The notes beneath the pieces are model-generated. The model saw only the letters and a program-made list of their open reading frames with translations, had not been told where the DNA came from and made no database searches. Below are positions 1-9,810 of a DNA stretch of 64,000 nt, piece after piece (position 1 is the stretch's first letter; each line of letters opens with the position of its first letter). The position numbers and the translations under genes are program-made. The DNA comes from a virus. The stretch is from the IMG/VR virus record IMGVR_UViG_3300020596_000023, positions 9,197 to 73,196 of that record. One strand, written 5' to 3'.

Positions 1-25
1 ATGTACAAACCATAATAATCGTAAA

Positions 26-2368
26 ATGACTCTATATCTTCAAAATGAATCTGATCAAACTATACAGCACCTTCATAAGCTCTTCAACGAATCTTATGAA
101 GGTGTTTTTGTTTGCTTAGACACGGAAACTACAGGCTTAGATGTATTAAAACTAAGGCCATTACTAATGAGCTTAAATAGTAATTATGGTACTATAGTTT
201 TAAATCTAGCTAAACTCAGTAAAGACTTTATTAAATCTATATTTAATCAATATGGATTGAATAAAACGTATTTAGCTCACAATGCTAAATACGATGGTAA
301 TGTAATGTATCACTATTATGGACTGGATTTGGATTGGTATTGCACAATGGTATCAGATCAAAAGCTTTCACAAGGATTAGGTTATTCTGAAAAAGATCGG
401 CCTGATGGAGTTAGATATAATTTATCTGATACGGCACAAAGACATCTAAAAGTTCCCGCATTAAATAAAGAGCAGCAATTATCATTTGTAGATTATTTAG
501 GTTCTGAGTTTAGTGATGCACAGATTGAATATGCTGGTAAAGATGTAGACTATCTATATCCTATTATGAAAAATCAATTATTGTGTGCTGCTCAATTTGG
601 AATAAAAAATCTACTAACTGAAAGTGAGATTCTGTCAGAAGTTTGTATTGCGGAATGTACTGGTGTTTTAATAGATAGAACTAAATGGATTAATATTGCT
701 GAACAAGTATATGCAGAGATTCAGAATATTGCAAAGGAATTAGACCAGATAGTAAAGACTAATAAAGTTCTGATTAAAAAAAGAGGATTTATACCATTGT
801 CTGGTAATTACGATTTATTTACTGAAACTGATTGGGTAAGAGAGTTCTATCAAAATAAAAGCAGCAAAGCTAAACTAACTGCTTTATTCAATCAAGGAGT
901 TAATTGGGCCAGCCCTACACAAGTAACTTTTATTTGTGGCCAGCTAAACTATCCCCTACCTGTTAAAGATGAAGATATTTATTTAGTACCAGATATTAAA
1001 GTTACTAATAACAAAAGAAAAGTTATAAGTAGTATTAAATATACTACCAAAAAGGACAAGCTAGAAGTAATGCTTCAAAACTTTGAGCATCCTAATAAAG
1101 AGTTTATTGAATTGATATTCAAGTACAACTCGTTACGAACGCTATTTGCAACTTATGGAGGTAAGTGGTTAAATAAGCTGCATAATCATAGAATCTATAC
1201 TGCTTTTAGAACTATGTCTGCTGTTACAGGTAGGTTTCAATCAGGTGGTGGTACTAAATTACCTGATAAAATCAATACTCAGAACATTCCAAGTGCCGGA
1301 GATTATCGGCACTGTTTTGTCGCTGACAAAGGTCACAGCCTAATCACAGCGGATCTTTCCGGAGCAGAAGTAATTATCCTTGCCGATAAAGCGAATGAGC
1401 AGAGTGTGTACGACAGAGCCGTTATTGACGATGATTCTCACAGCCCTGTAGCACAATATACATGGCAACAAATATATTTATTCCGAGCAGGGAAAGAGAT
1501 GGGATTGTGGTACGACGTAGCCAAGTTCAGGCAGGAAAAGGACAATCCTGCTGTCAAAGGATATTTTAGCCAGTATGGTACAATTGAAGCTAAAGAATGC
1601 TTTAGGCTATCTCAAGAACTTATAGTATCTAAAAAAGAGAATAAGCATATTAGAAACAAATTCAAGAGTTCCACATTTGGTGGAATCTATGGAATGGAAT
1701 TTCGTAAGTGTGCAGAAACTCTTGGAATAGATTGGGAAGAAGCTAAAGTAGCTTTACAATCCATGAAAGATTGTATGCCTAAATGCTATGAGTATGTAGA
1801 ATCGGAAGTTAAGCTTGCCGCTAAACAGGGTTACTCTATACTTAATAAATACGGTGGAAGTAGAATTACTTTTCCTTTAACTCAAGCATTAGTACATCAA
1901 AACAAAAATGCTTATGATAGTATTGATGCAATCAAAGAAGTTAAAGCAGTCCGTAATTATCCTATGCAGGGTACTCAAGCTGATATGATTAAGCTTGCAA
2001 TAGCTAACATCAGAAAGCTTAGAAAGATTGGACTTGAAGTAACTCTATTATTACAAGTGCATGACGAACTGGTCTATCAGACACCAGAACAATTTGATGG
2101 AGTTTCAAAAGCTTGGCTAAATAATAAAGCCAATGCTTTTGAATTTACGATAAAGTACGAAAGAGAAGTAAGCTTTGATTCGGCATTAAAATTTTGTGAA
2201 AAATACTCAGATCATGTAGTTTCTATTAAAACTCCTGGATTAAGTATTAACTATAAAATCAGTAATGCTTTGACTATTCCAATAATCATGCTGTATTCTG
2301 CTGATCTATATCTTGAGCGATTTACTATGGGTTCAAGTTTAGAGGTGCAGAAATATTGGCAGAAATAA
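26..2368 (+). CDS. polA: DNA polymerase family A with N-terminal 3'-5' exonuclease domain
   Basis: ExoI DTETTGLD, ExoII HNAKYD, ExoIII YAGKDV; TGRFQS..NTQNIP; motif A ADLSGAE, motif B RNKFKSSTFGGIYG, NYPMQGTQAD, motif C LQVHDELV. Confidence 0.95.
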   Translation: MTLYLQNESDQTIQHLHKLFNESYEGVFVCLDTETTGLDVLKLRPLLMSLNSNYGTIVLNLAKLSKDFIKSIFNQYGLNKTYLAHNAKYDGNVMYHYYGLDLDWYCTMVSDQKLSQGLGYSEKDRPDGVRYNLSDTAQRHLKVPALNKEQQLSFVDYLGSEFSDAQIEYAGKDVDYLYPIMKNQLLCAAQFGIKNLLTESEILSEVCIAECTGVLIDRTKWINIAEQVYAEIQNIAKELDQIVKTNKVLIKKRGFIPLSGNYDLFTETDWVREFYQNKSSKAKLTALFNQGVNWASPTQVTFICGQLNYPLPVKDEDIYLVPDIKVTNNKRKVISSIKYTTKKDKLEVMLQNFEHPNKEFIELIFKYNSLRTLFATYGGKWLNKLHNHRIYTAFRTMSAVTGRFQSGGGTKLPDKINTQNIPSAGDYRHCFVADKGHSLITADLSGAEVIILADKANEQSVYDRAVIDDDSHSPVAQYTWQQIYLFRAGKEMGLWYDVAKFRQEKDNPAVKGYFSQYGTIEAKECFRLSQELIVSKKENKHIRNKFKSSTFGGIYGMEFRKCAETLGIDWEEAKVALQSMKDCMPKCYEYVESEVKLAAKQGYSILNKYGGSRITFPLTQALVHQNKNAYDSIDAIKEVKAVRNYPMQGTQADMIKLAIANIRKLRKIGLEVTLLLQVHDELVYQTPEQFDGVSKAWLNNKANAFEFTIKYEREVSFDSALKFCEKYSDHVVSIKTPGLSINYKISNALTIPIIMLYSADLYLERFTMGSSLEVQKYWQK

Positions 2369-2880
2369 ATAAACAAACTGTGGAACACATTGAAGAAATT
2401 TTAAATGAAGCTGCGTTAATTATAGATCCTGAAATAAAAAATTATGACGCTTATATTTTTAAGAATTTACGTGATATAGTATTAGTAACTACTTTACCAA
2501 AGTTAGTAACTCAGTCATTAATTAAGTTGATTGACTTAGCTGAAACATTAAATGAACAAAATAAGGTTTTAAAAGAACAGATGAATCTAAACGAAAATTA
2601 TTTAGATGTTCTGCAAAAAAGATGTACAACACTTGAAATTGAAGCTGACAAAGTTCAAATCAAACAAGCGGACAAAGTGCAATTCAACCATACCACATAT
2701 GGTTATCCTGTTAAGAATGGTGTTAGAGACGGATTACGTATAAGCCTAGACTATCACAAATTTTATACAGTCAAAGTAGTGTATACTGATAGAATTGTTG
2801 TGACTTTAGAAGATACTGATTTAGAATTAGAAACTTTTCAAGACTTTATTAGAACGAAGTACATAAGAATTAAAGTTTAA
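2356..2880 (+). CDS. hypothetical protein (central coiled coil)
   Basis: 174-aa ORF overlapping the polA stop; heptad-rich middle. Confidence 0.75.
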   Translation: MAEINKQTVEHIEEILNEAALIIDPEIKNYDAYIFKNLRDIVLVTTLPKLVTQSLIKLIDLAETLNEQNKVLKEQMNLNENYLDVLQKRCTTLEIEADKVQIKQADKVQFNHTTYGYPVKNGVRDGLRISLDYHKFYTVKVVYTDRIVVTLEDTDLELETFQDFIRTKYIRIKV

Positions 2881-2886
2881 CTGATA

Positions 2887-2920
2887 ATAATTTAGCTCTA
2901 CCTAAGTAGGGCTAAGTTAT
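2887..2920 (+). promoter_or_regulatory. intergenic stem-loop (weak terminator or processing site)
   Basis: ataatttagctctac-ctaa-gtagggctaagttat, 15-bp stem with G-U pairs, no clear U tract. Confidence 0.5.
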
Positions 2921-2938
2921 TAACTAAATTAAATTTAC

Positions 2939-4492
2939 ATGATTCATCTTGATGAAAGAACTCAACGACAAATACAAGGTCTTCAAAAATGGAGACTTAA
3001 CAAAGGAATAGGTGGCCTAGAGTGGTCTACAGGTGTTGGTAAAACTACAGCAGCTATTTGGTTTGCCATAAAAACTACTAGGGAAAAACACCCTACTTGT
3101 TCAATTGGAGTTGTAGTACACAATCCTAATATGAAGAAAACTTGGAAAGCTAATTTGAAACGCTTTAAAGTTGAAGATGTTGTAGTAGCTACTGCAAGTG
3201 AATTTATATCGGAAGCTTATAGAAAAGATCATCCATTAGCATTTGATTTAGTAGTTCTGGATGAACCTATGTCAATGATGGGTACAGAAACTAAACAAAT
3301 CTGGTCAGGCACAATCATCGCAAAATGGTGGTTATGGTTAGATGCTAGTATGGATCGTGATAATCCTACGGTAAAAGAATTTCTAAATCTTTTCCCGATG
3401 GTAGATTATATCGGAGAAAAAGAAGCTATGGCAAAAGGATTTACTAGTAAATCTATTATAATCAACTATGGTCTTGACTTACCGGAAGATATTAAAGTAG
3501 AGTATGAAGAGCTATCTATAGAAATAGAAATACTCCGTAAGTCTTTCGGTAAAGAAGGTTTAGCTGCTGCTAATTGGTGTTTGTCAGGTAAATCAGAACA
3601 AAACTCTAAAGGTGATTGGATAAGATTGCCAAGAGAAGTTATGGTTATGAAAGTTGCTGCTAGTTTAGGCTATACCAGTGACATATCTACTAGAATTGTA
3701 CAAGAGCAAAACGAACTAAGAAAATTGGAGCTTATTAGAACTCAAATTGAATGTAATCCACAGTCTTTATTAGCTAAAGCAAGCACTTTAATGGAATTGA
3801 CTCGTAAGAGAGTTTTTATGCTGTATAAACATGAAAGAAAGATTGAAGTAGCTAAAGCTATTATAAAAGCTTTAGTTGATAAAAAGATTATTTGTTTTTC
3901 TGAAAGCAGAGAGTTTATTAAAGACTTGACTAATCAACTTAATCTAGCTGATATAGCTGCTGTAAGCTGTTATTCAGATAGAGAGAATATGCCTATGGGA
4001 ATGGGTATAGATGGACTGTCATTTTATCCAATAAGTGCAGATTTAGTTAAGTATAAATCAGGCGAGAAGAAAGGACAAACTAAAATGTTTGGAGATACTT
4101 CTTTAAATAATGCTGCTAAGTCAGATTTCAAATTTGGCATAGTTACTAAGCTTATATCAGGCAGATCAATGGTAAAAGGTTATGATGATCCTAAGATACA
4201 AATTGTAATAATTTGCTCTGGCAGTAGCAATGCTGATACATTTGTACAAAAGAAAGGTCGATCAGAAAGACTTGATGTAGATGATCCAGATAAGACTGCT
4301 GTAACGATTTGTTTGTACTTTCAAAATACGGTTGATCAATATTGGTTAAATAGGTATCAGAAAAAGACGACTGTACCTATAACATCTTTAATTGAACCGT
4401 ATCATTCTGTTAACGATATTAAAAACATAATTGATGGCACAGGAAATTCAGACCAACAAAATGGTCAAGCTTTTAGCTCGATATTCAGCTGA
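2939..4492 (+). CDS. superfamily 2 helicase
   Basis: Walker A STGVGKT, Walker B VVLDEP, KGYDDP, motif VI QKKGRSER. Confidence 0.85.
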   Translation: MIHLDERTQRQIQGLQKWRLNKGIGGLEWSTGVGKTTAAIWFAIKTTREKHPTCSIGVVVHNPNMKKTWKANLKRFKVEDVVVATASEFISEAYRKDHPLAFDLVVLDEPMSMMGTETKQIWSGTIIAKWWLWLDASMDRDNPTVKEFLNLFPMVDYIGEKEAMAKGFTSKSIIINYGLDLPEDIKVEYEELSIEIEILRKSFGKEGLAAANWCLSGKSEQNSKGDWIRLPREVMVMKVAASLGYTSDISTRIVQEQNELRKLELIRTQIECNPQSLLAKASTLMELTRKRVFMLYKHERKIEVAKAIIKALVDKKIICFSESREFIKDLTNQLNLADIAAVSCYSDRENMPMGMGIDGLSFYPISADLVKYKSGEKKGQTKMFGDTSLNNAAKSDFKFGIVTKLISGRSMVKGYDDPKIQIVIICSGSSNADTFVQKKGRSERLDVDDPDKTAVTICLYFQNTVDQYWLNRYQKKTTVPITSLIEPYHSVNDIKNIIDGTGNSDQQNGQAFSSIFS

Positions 4493-5009
4493 TTGGATGC
4501 AAGCAGGGTTTAGCATAATTGATTATCTATTAGTACATAAAAGCTACTATAAGATGTGCAATGTACATGGTGAATTGCAATTGCAAATTGCAGAATACTT
4601 CCGACGGTTTCCAGATGAACGATCGCTTACAAATACAGATAAATTTAAACGACCTTATGCTGATCTGGCATTAGAGGTTAAAGAATTGATTCATGGTGTT
4701 GAAGATTTTTATCTTCAATTAGTTAAAGATCTAAGATTTAGCTACCCGACTGTAAACAGTGCAAATCACAGATTACAACTAATTACGGATTTAAATCTTT
4801 GTGATTTCTATAAGGTAGCTTTAGAGGATAATCCTATAGAAAATCACAATAGGATTATCAATCTAATTGCAAATACTAAAGAATCTTTGAACATGAGTAT
4901 AACGAAGTTCTTGGATTTGTGGAAAGATCTGGAAGCAGAATACAATAACAAAGTTGCTGGTGGTTACGAAGTAAATACCACTTATGAAGCTTTAAATAAT
5001 AATGTATGA
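4434..5009 (+). CDS. hypothetical protein upstream of replicative helicase
   Basis: ORF with ATG at 4434; ATGA coupling to the next gene. Confidence 0.7.
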   Translation: MAQEIQTNKMVKLLARYSADWMQAGFSIIDYLLVHKSYYKMCNVHGELQLQIAEYFRRFPDERSLTNTDKFKRPYADLALEVKELIHGVEDFYLQLVKDLRFSYPTVNSANHRLQLITDLNLCDFYKVALEDNPIENHNRIINLIANTKESLNMSITKFLDLWKDLEAEYNNKVAGGYEVNTTYEALNNNV

Positions 5010-6133
5010 TTTTTGCAAATAGCGAAGACGCTGTATTACAAGCGATGAAAGAATTGAAAGATGAGAGAGATGGTACAGCGCAAGGTATAATAAGTAGGTA
5101 TCCTGCTATGAATAGAGCCGTGAACAAGATGTTCCGGCCTTATCATATTTATGGTATAGCAGGGGCAACTGGTTCGATGAAGAGTTATTTGTTTGAGCGA
5201 TTAAACTTAGATTTTACTAATAGTATAATAGCTGTTAGCAAATCCGATTTTACTGCTGATACAATTAAATATTTATTAGACCGCTGTAATTTTGTTGAGC
5301 AAGGTGAAGAGGTTATACTATTTCCTCTAAACAATCAAAAGATCGCAACCTATACCTGTAATTTAGAATTGGCAACAAAACGACAATTACAAAGAAGATT
5401 AGGCGATATAGTAAAACAAGGTCTTAATTATATGTTATCATCTAAGCTCGATCCAATATCAAGCTTGGTTGGTAAAGATATATATATTAAAGTTACTGAC
5501 GAAGAGTTAAAGTTGTATGAAGTCATACTATCTCAAATTCATAATCCAGTCCATCAGAAGTTTATAGATAAGACTCAACATTTAGAGTATATCTTAAATT
5601 CTATTTGGGAAGATTTTGATAATAGTGATTACGATCAGTGCGTACTGGGTATAGATCATGTATTGCTATTAAAAAGATCAGAAGATGACTTTAGTGCTAT
5701 GAATAATGTTATTAGAGATTTGATAGAGTTTGCTAAATTAGGTACTACTATCTTTCCTATAACACAATTCAACAATAACTACAGCAAACCAGATAGGTGG
5801 AAGAATCCATCTAAGCATTTCCCAGAAAGGGACGATATATACATGGGTGGACAATTTTTGCAAGGGGTAGATGCTATGTTCTGCATGATTCAACCAGCAG
5901 CCTATAAATGTCAATTGTATAGTACTGCTAAATTACCTACTAACAAATTACTGCATGTATCTAATATTAAAGGTCGTGAAGGTAGTGAAGGTGATTTATG
6001 GTTTAAGAATTATATAGAGCATGGTGAAATAAGACCTTGTATTTTACAAAACTTTGGAGAATATTCTGAACTAACTGAAATTAAAGATTTGTATGAACAA
6101 AGAAAATTTGACCTCGACCGAGGACTTTATTGA
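5006..6133 (+). CDS. DnaB-like (SF4) replicative helicase
   Basis: Walker A GATGSMKS, NLE, Walker B GIDH, TQFN, QGVD, IKGREG matching the DnaB H1-H4 motifs. Confidence 0.8.
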   Translation: MIFANSEDAVLQAMKELKDERDGTAQGIISRYPAMNRAVNKMFRPYHIYGIAGATGSMKSYLFERLNLDFTNSIIAVSKSDFTADTIKYLLDRCNFVEQGEEVILFPLNNQKIATYTCNLELATKRQLQRRLGDIVKQGLNYMLSSKLDPISSLVGKDIYIKVTDEELKLYEVILSQIHNPVHQKFIDKTQHLEYILNSIWEDFDNSDYDQCVLGIDHVLLLKRSEDDFSAMNNVIRDLIEFAKLGTTIFPITQFNNNYSKPDRWKNPSKHFPERDDIYMGGQFLQGVDAMFCMIQPAAYKCQLYSTAKLPTNKLLHVSNIKGREGSEGDLWFKNYIEHGEIRPCILQNFGEYSELTEIKDLYEQRKFDLDRGLY

Positions 6134-6923
6134 AGATGCTACTTTGATTGAAGCTGTTGAAGACCAACAGCCAATGCAAACAATGCTTCTAACTACACAG
6201 ACAGAACTTGATCCATTATCAACTATGTCTATAGCTAAACGTGAGGAGTACGCTTATGCCGCAGCGTTATTGCAAAGTGAAGCTGTAAAAGGCTACACAA
6301 GAGTTAGTGATGTAATGCAAGCTATGGAAATAGCAGATTATTTACGTAAACCAATTGCATGGGTGTTAAACCACTTCACCCCGATAAATGGTAAACTAAC
6401 TTCTGATAGTCATGCTGACATGATCTTAGCTCAAGAACGTGGATTGCAGCTAGAAATTATTTATAACTACAAGCCACTGCGCTATTTATTTGTAAACGGA
6501 TTAGATGAGCCTATAAAAGAACATCTAATAATGGATGATTCAAACTACCTAATTTTTAGAAATGCTTTAGAGCTTGAGCTAATGTCTGAAATACAACGTA
6601 AAAATAAAATCGTATGTGTTTGGGCAAGCATGGATGATTCATCCATCTATGATAGAATTAGCCGGGTTAAAGGCACATTAGAAATAAATGGTAAAGTTCA
6701 AGTTGCCTATGGTCAATTCCTCTTTAGTGAAGCTGAGACAGCATTATTAACTTCCAAGAGTAATTGGAAATGTTATCCTGCTGACTGTTTATTAGCTAGA
6801 TCTAAGAAGAGATTGAATAGAACTCTCTCCGGTTGGGTTACTTCTTTTTACAATACAGAGGAACTCGCTTCTATGGAAGATATTGCAATTTCTAAAGAAA
6901 GTATTGCAAGCGACACAAAGTAG
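6093..6923 (+). CDS. RecT-like single-strand annealing protein (putative)
   Basis: INGKLT and C-terminal NWKCYPADCLLARSKKRLNR...YNTEEL resemble the W..yP..Ml.aR / Y..EE signature of RecT-like proteins. Confidence 0.55.
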   Translation: MNKENLTSTEDFIEDATLIEAVEDQQPMQTMLLTTQTELDPLSTMSIAKREEYAYAAALLQSEAVKGYTRVSDVMQAMEIADYLRKPIAWVLNHFTPINGKLTSDSHADMILAQERGLQLEIIYNYKPLRYLFVNGLDEPIKEHLIMDDSNYLIFRNALELELMSEIQRKNKIVCVWASMDDSSIYDRISRVKGTLEINGKVQVAYGQFLFSEAETALLTSKSNWKCYPADCLLARSKKRLNRTLSGWVTSFYNTEELASMEDIAISKESIASDTK

Positions 6924-6934
6924 TAATAACTTTG
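6904..6934 (+). promoter_or_regulatory. putative Bacteroidota sigma-A promoter
   Basis: TTG at 6904-6906, 20-nt spacer, TAACTTTG at 6927-6934 (fits -33 TTG / -7 TAnnTTTG). Confidence 0.5.
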
Positions 6935-6989
6935 TGCTATCAATTTGTTACATCATTTCACATTTTTTATAACAATTAATATATTATTT

Positions 6990-7772
6990 ATGGCTAGTCT
7001 GAATTTGATTGACGCGTTTCAAACGCAAGTAGCTCCTAAACCTACAGCTGCTAAACCTGTTAGTGTACGTCGTGACAGTACAGGTATTACGTTTTCCAGT
7101 ATGGGTAAAAGCTATGTGACGGAAACTATCCTAAACTCATTCAATTGGGTATTAAATCGCATTGCATCTAAAGTAGTTGCTTTGCCAAAGGCCAGCGTCG
7201 GCCTTTCATCCAGTCTCACTGTGACAAATCCAAATGGCACGGTAAGCTTCGGCTATCTATTTGATGGAAACACCACAGCGAATGATGCTGCTAGAAAAAT
7301 CGCAGATGTAAAGCAATCTGAACTGGAAGCTGGTGGTGCGACTAAAGTTAATCGGCAAAGCCCTGAATTTACCATCTTGAAAAATGCTGAACTCAAAGTA
7401 TTTACAGCCGAAGAAAAAGCAGTTCCAGAAGTAGGTTCAGTAGTTGTTTTCGGTAAAACTCGCTATGAGGTACAAGCTACTGAGCTTGCAACTTATTTCC
7501 GGGAAACGGCTGAAGGTGAACTATTTGGTTTGCACCCTGCAAAAGGGTTCATGGTAATAAATGTTGGAGAAAGTATGGTAATGGGTGTAGTTGAAAATGG
7601 CGAAACTATTGAAGAAGGCGCAACTTATCTCAATGGTGCTGGTGTAGTTGTAGATTTCGAGCAATTGGTTGACAATGCTATCGCAATTGTTAAAAGTGCA
7701 CCACTTCGTGGAATCACGGTTCGTAACCGTAAGCCTAAAACTACGGAAGAAGCCGTAGTTGTCGGATCTTAG
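6990..7772 (+). CDS. hypothetical protein, probably highly expressed
   Basis: ATG at 6990 after an AT-rich leader is preferred to TTG at 6945; has its own candidate promoter and terminator. Confidence 0.75.
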   Translation: MASLNLIDAFQTQVAPKPTAAKPVSVRRDSTGITFSSMGKSYVTETILNSFNWVLNRIASKVVALPKASVGLSSSLTVTNPNGTVSFGYLFDGNTTANDAARKIADVKQSELEAGGATKVNRQSPEFTILKNAELKVFTAEEKAVPEVGSVVVFGKTRYEVQATELATYFRETAEGELFGLHPAKGFMVINVGESMVMGVVENGETIEEGATYLNGAGVVVDFEQLVDNAIAIVKSAPLRGITVRNRKPKTTEEAVVVGS

Positions 7773-7790
7773 TTTCGGATTTAGTTTTAC

Positions 7791-7830
7791 AAAATGGCTG
7801 TCAGGTATTTACTTGGCAGCCATTTTCATT
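7791..7830 (+). terminator. intrinsic terminator
   Basis: aaaatggctgtcagg / cttggcagccatttt stem followed by T-rich sequence. Confidence 0.75.
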
Positions 7831-7885
7831 TACATTAGCAATCCTTTTAGTGTTTTTTATTGTACAATTAAAAACAAATTAATCT

Positions 7886-8632
7886 ATGTCTAATCAAAAG
7901 CAGTCTTTTGATTTCAATGCAGCAACAGAGCAACCTCTGATTAAAAAGCTGCCCTTACAGATCAGTTCGGAGACTCCAATTTTGTTGGTGAATTTCGTTG
8001 AAGCATTTTTTACGACTGGGGTCAAAAAAGATCCTAACTTCAAAACCGGTGTAGCCCGACCTGCAAAAGATGTGCCGGTCACACCAGAGATGGTTACAGA
8101 AGATTCATTGCGTCATTACATCAACTTTGTATTTGAGAGCGGTACGTTGTATCGCAGCAATGTCAGTACAATTGTGTGGGAGCCAAACCTGCAAATTGCA
8201 AACAATGTAGTTAGGGCAATTTGTTTTGCTGTAACTGGCCAAGAGCCTGTAGTGTTCTTTAATATTAAGTCTTCTAAAGAGGGTGGGTATTCTTTGACAT
8301 TGCCGGGTGAAGCTGAACCCACTTTAGTAAAGACAGCAGTTCAAGTAATTGAACAAATTGTCAATGCCATCGGCAAGATGGTAAAAGTCGCTCCTATTAC
8401 GGTTTGGTTAAAGTTGAAGCGGAATGATGGCAATGGTGGTCGTCCAAATGAATTAGTATTTGGGCTTGGAAACTTTATTGCTACTGGCAGTGCTGATTGC
8501 CCTGAATTTATTCAACCAGCACCAAACGAAAGATTTGATGTAATTGAAGAAAATTCTGCTCGAACAGTTACTACCCCTGCTGCTGCTGCTATTGCAACAA
8601 CACACAAAAATCCTTTTGCACCTAAGCAATAG
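7886..8632 (+). CDS. hypothetical protein, possible ssDNA-binding protein
   Basis: Lies between the annealing protein and primase; low-complexity Ala/Thr tail ending NPFAPKQ; function inferred from position only. Confidence 0.4.
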   Translation: MSNQKQSFDFNAATEQPLIKKLPLQISSETPILLVNFVEAFFTTGVKKDPNFKTGVARPAKDVPVTPEMVTEDSLRHYINFVFESGTLYRSNVSTIVWEPNLQIANNVVRAICFAVTGQEPVVFFNIKSSKEGGYSLTLPGEAEPTLVKTAVQVIEQIVNAIGKMVKVAPITVWLKLKRNDGNGGRPNELVFGLGNFIATGSADCPEFIQPAPNERFDVIEENSARTVTTPAAAAIATTHKNPFAPKQ

Positions 8633-8671
8633 TATTTGAGCAATAGCATTTTTAGCTAATTTATTTATTTG

Positions 8672-8708
8672 ATCCCCAACTTGAAACATAGTTGGGGATT
8701 TTTTATTT
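8672..8708 (+). terminator. intrinsic terminator
   Basis: atccccaact / agttggggat stem followed by ttttt. Confidence 0.8.
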
Positions 8709-8725
8709 CTACAAACTGATAAGTT

Positions 8726-9808
8726 ATGATTCCAAATACAATATATTCTAAGAGCGAACTTAGGAAGTACTTAAAAAAATTAAATATAGATGATATTGAT
8801 CTGTACTCTATTTATACTGGATATACTAGACAAGACATATTAACATCGTTATATAATGGTAAACATCTTCATTCTTTTATGAGGTCTGATTCTACACCAT
8901 CGTTAGGATTTTATATAGGTGACAATGGTACTATACGATTCAAAGATTTTGGTGGAGATGGTGGAGATGTTTTTACAGTAGCTAATATACATCATAGAAA
9001 AGCTTTACAAGGTGGATTATTTGTAGAGCTTTTACAAGCTATATACAATGACGTACTAAAGAAAAACAATTATACTGTTTCTAAGGAGCAGATCACATTA
9101 TTGCCAAAACAAAAAGTTACTGTAGATGTAGACCTTAGAGATTGGTCTAATTATGATTATCAATATTGGGTTAGAGGTTATGATTTTGACAGTTTAGAAG
9201 AAGTGGAATATTATTCTACTTATGCTGTTGATATAATCTATCTCAATGGTAAGTTCTATAAAAAGTCTTCTCCTAAGTTTCCAATTTATGGCTATTTAGT
9301 AACTATGCTAAATGGAGACTTCTTTTGGAAATGTTACTTACCAAAACAAACTCCTAAATTTATTACAGGTGGTATAGGATTAGATTTTATGCCTTATGTA
9401 TTAAATGATTTGAAACCAACTGATCCACTAGGATTAATTAAAAGTAGAAAAGATGCTATGGTTGTGTATGACCATATACAAACTTTGTTAGTACCAAATT
9501 CTGAAAATTCTACTGGTATGTCGAAACAAGAATTAGGCTTATTTAAGAATAGAAGAGTTAATACTTATATTGAACAAGATGAAGGAGGTTTGATAGGTAT
9601 CAGTCAATTAGAAACAAATTTGGGAAAAACGGTAACTCGCAGGCTTCTCCCTTCTACCGGCGACGGCAACAAACAGATCAACGACTTTGCTGAACTTCGT
9701 AAGTTCTTACGTAAAGATAAATTTAAAGAGTTCTGTCAATGGTATTTTCCACAACCAAAATTAACTTTAACTGAAATTCATAATTTCATAAATAAACTAA
9801 AACACTAA
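8726..9808 (+). CDS. DNA primase (crAss-like DnaG/TOPRIM type)
   Basis: N-terminal RSDSTPS...RFKDFGG..GDVF, TOPRIM-like KSRKDAM, QDEGG, NDFAE. Confidence 0.75.
   Translation: MIPNTIYSKSELRKYLKKLNIDDIDLYSIYTGYTRQDILTSLYNGKHLHSFMRSDSTPSLGFYIGDNGTIRFKDFGGDGGDVFTVANIHHRKALQGGLFVELLQAIYNDVLKKNNYTVSKEQITLLPKQKVTVDVDLRDWSNYDYQYWVRGYDFDSLEEVEYYSTYAVDIIYLNGKFYKKSSPKFPIYGYLVTMLNGDFFWKCYLPKQTPKFITGGIGLDFMPYVLNDLKPTDPLGLIKSRKDAMVVYDHIQTLLVPNSENSTGMSKQELGLFKNRRVNTYIEQDEGGLIGISQLETNLGKTVTRRLLPSTGDGNKQINDFAELRKFLRKDKFKEFCQWYFPQPKLTLTEIHNFINKLKH
9620..9685 (+). repeat. dispersed conserved element, copy 1 (core CTTCTACCGGCGA 9651-9663)
   Basis: ttgggaaaaacggtaactcgcaggcttctcc-CTTCTACCGGCGA-cggcaacaaacagatcaac; inside primase, sense orientation. 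Confidence 0.9.
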
Positions 9809-9810
9809 AT

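Noticed and set aside
1380-1392. TGCCGA(T/C)AAAGC at ~1381 and ~62945 as extra degenerate copies of the dispersed element
   Set aside because: Need a gap plus mismatches in the core and lack the upstream CAGGCTT and downstream AARAACWG boxes
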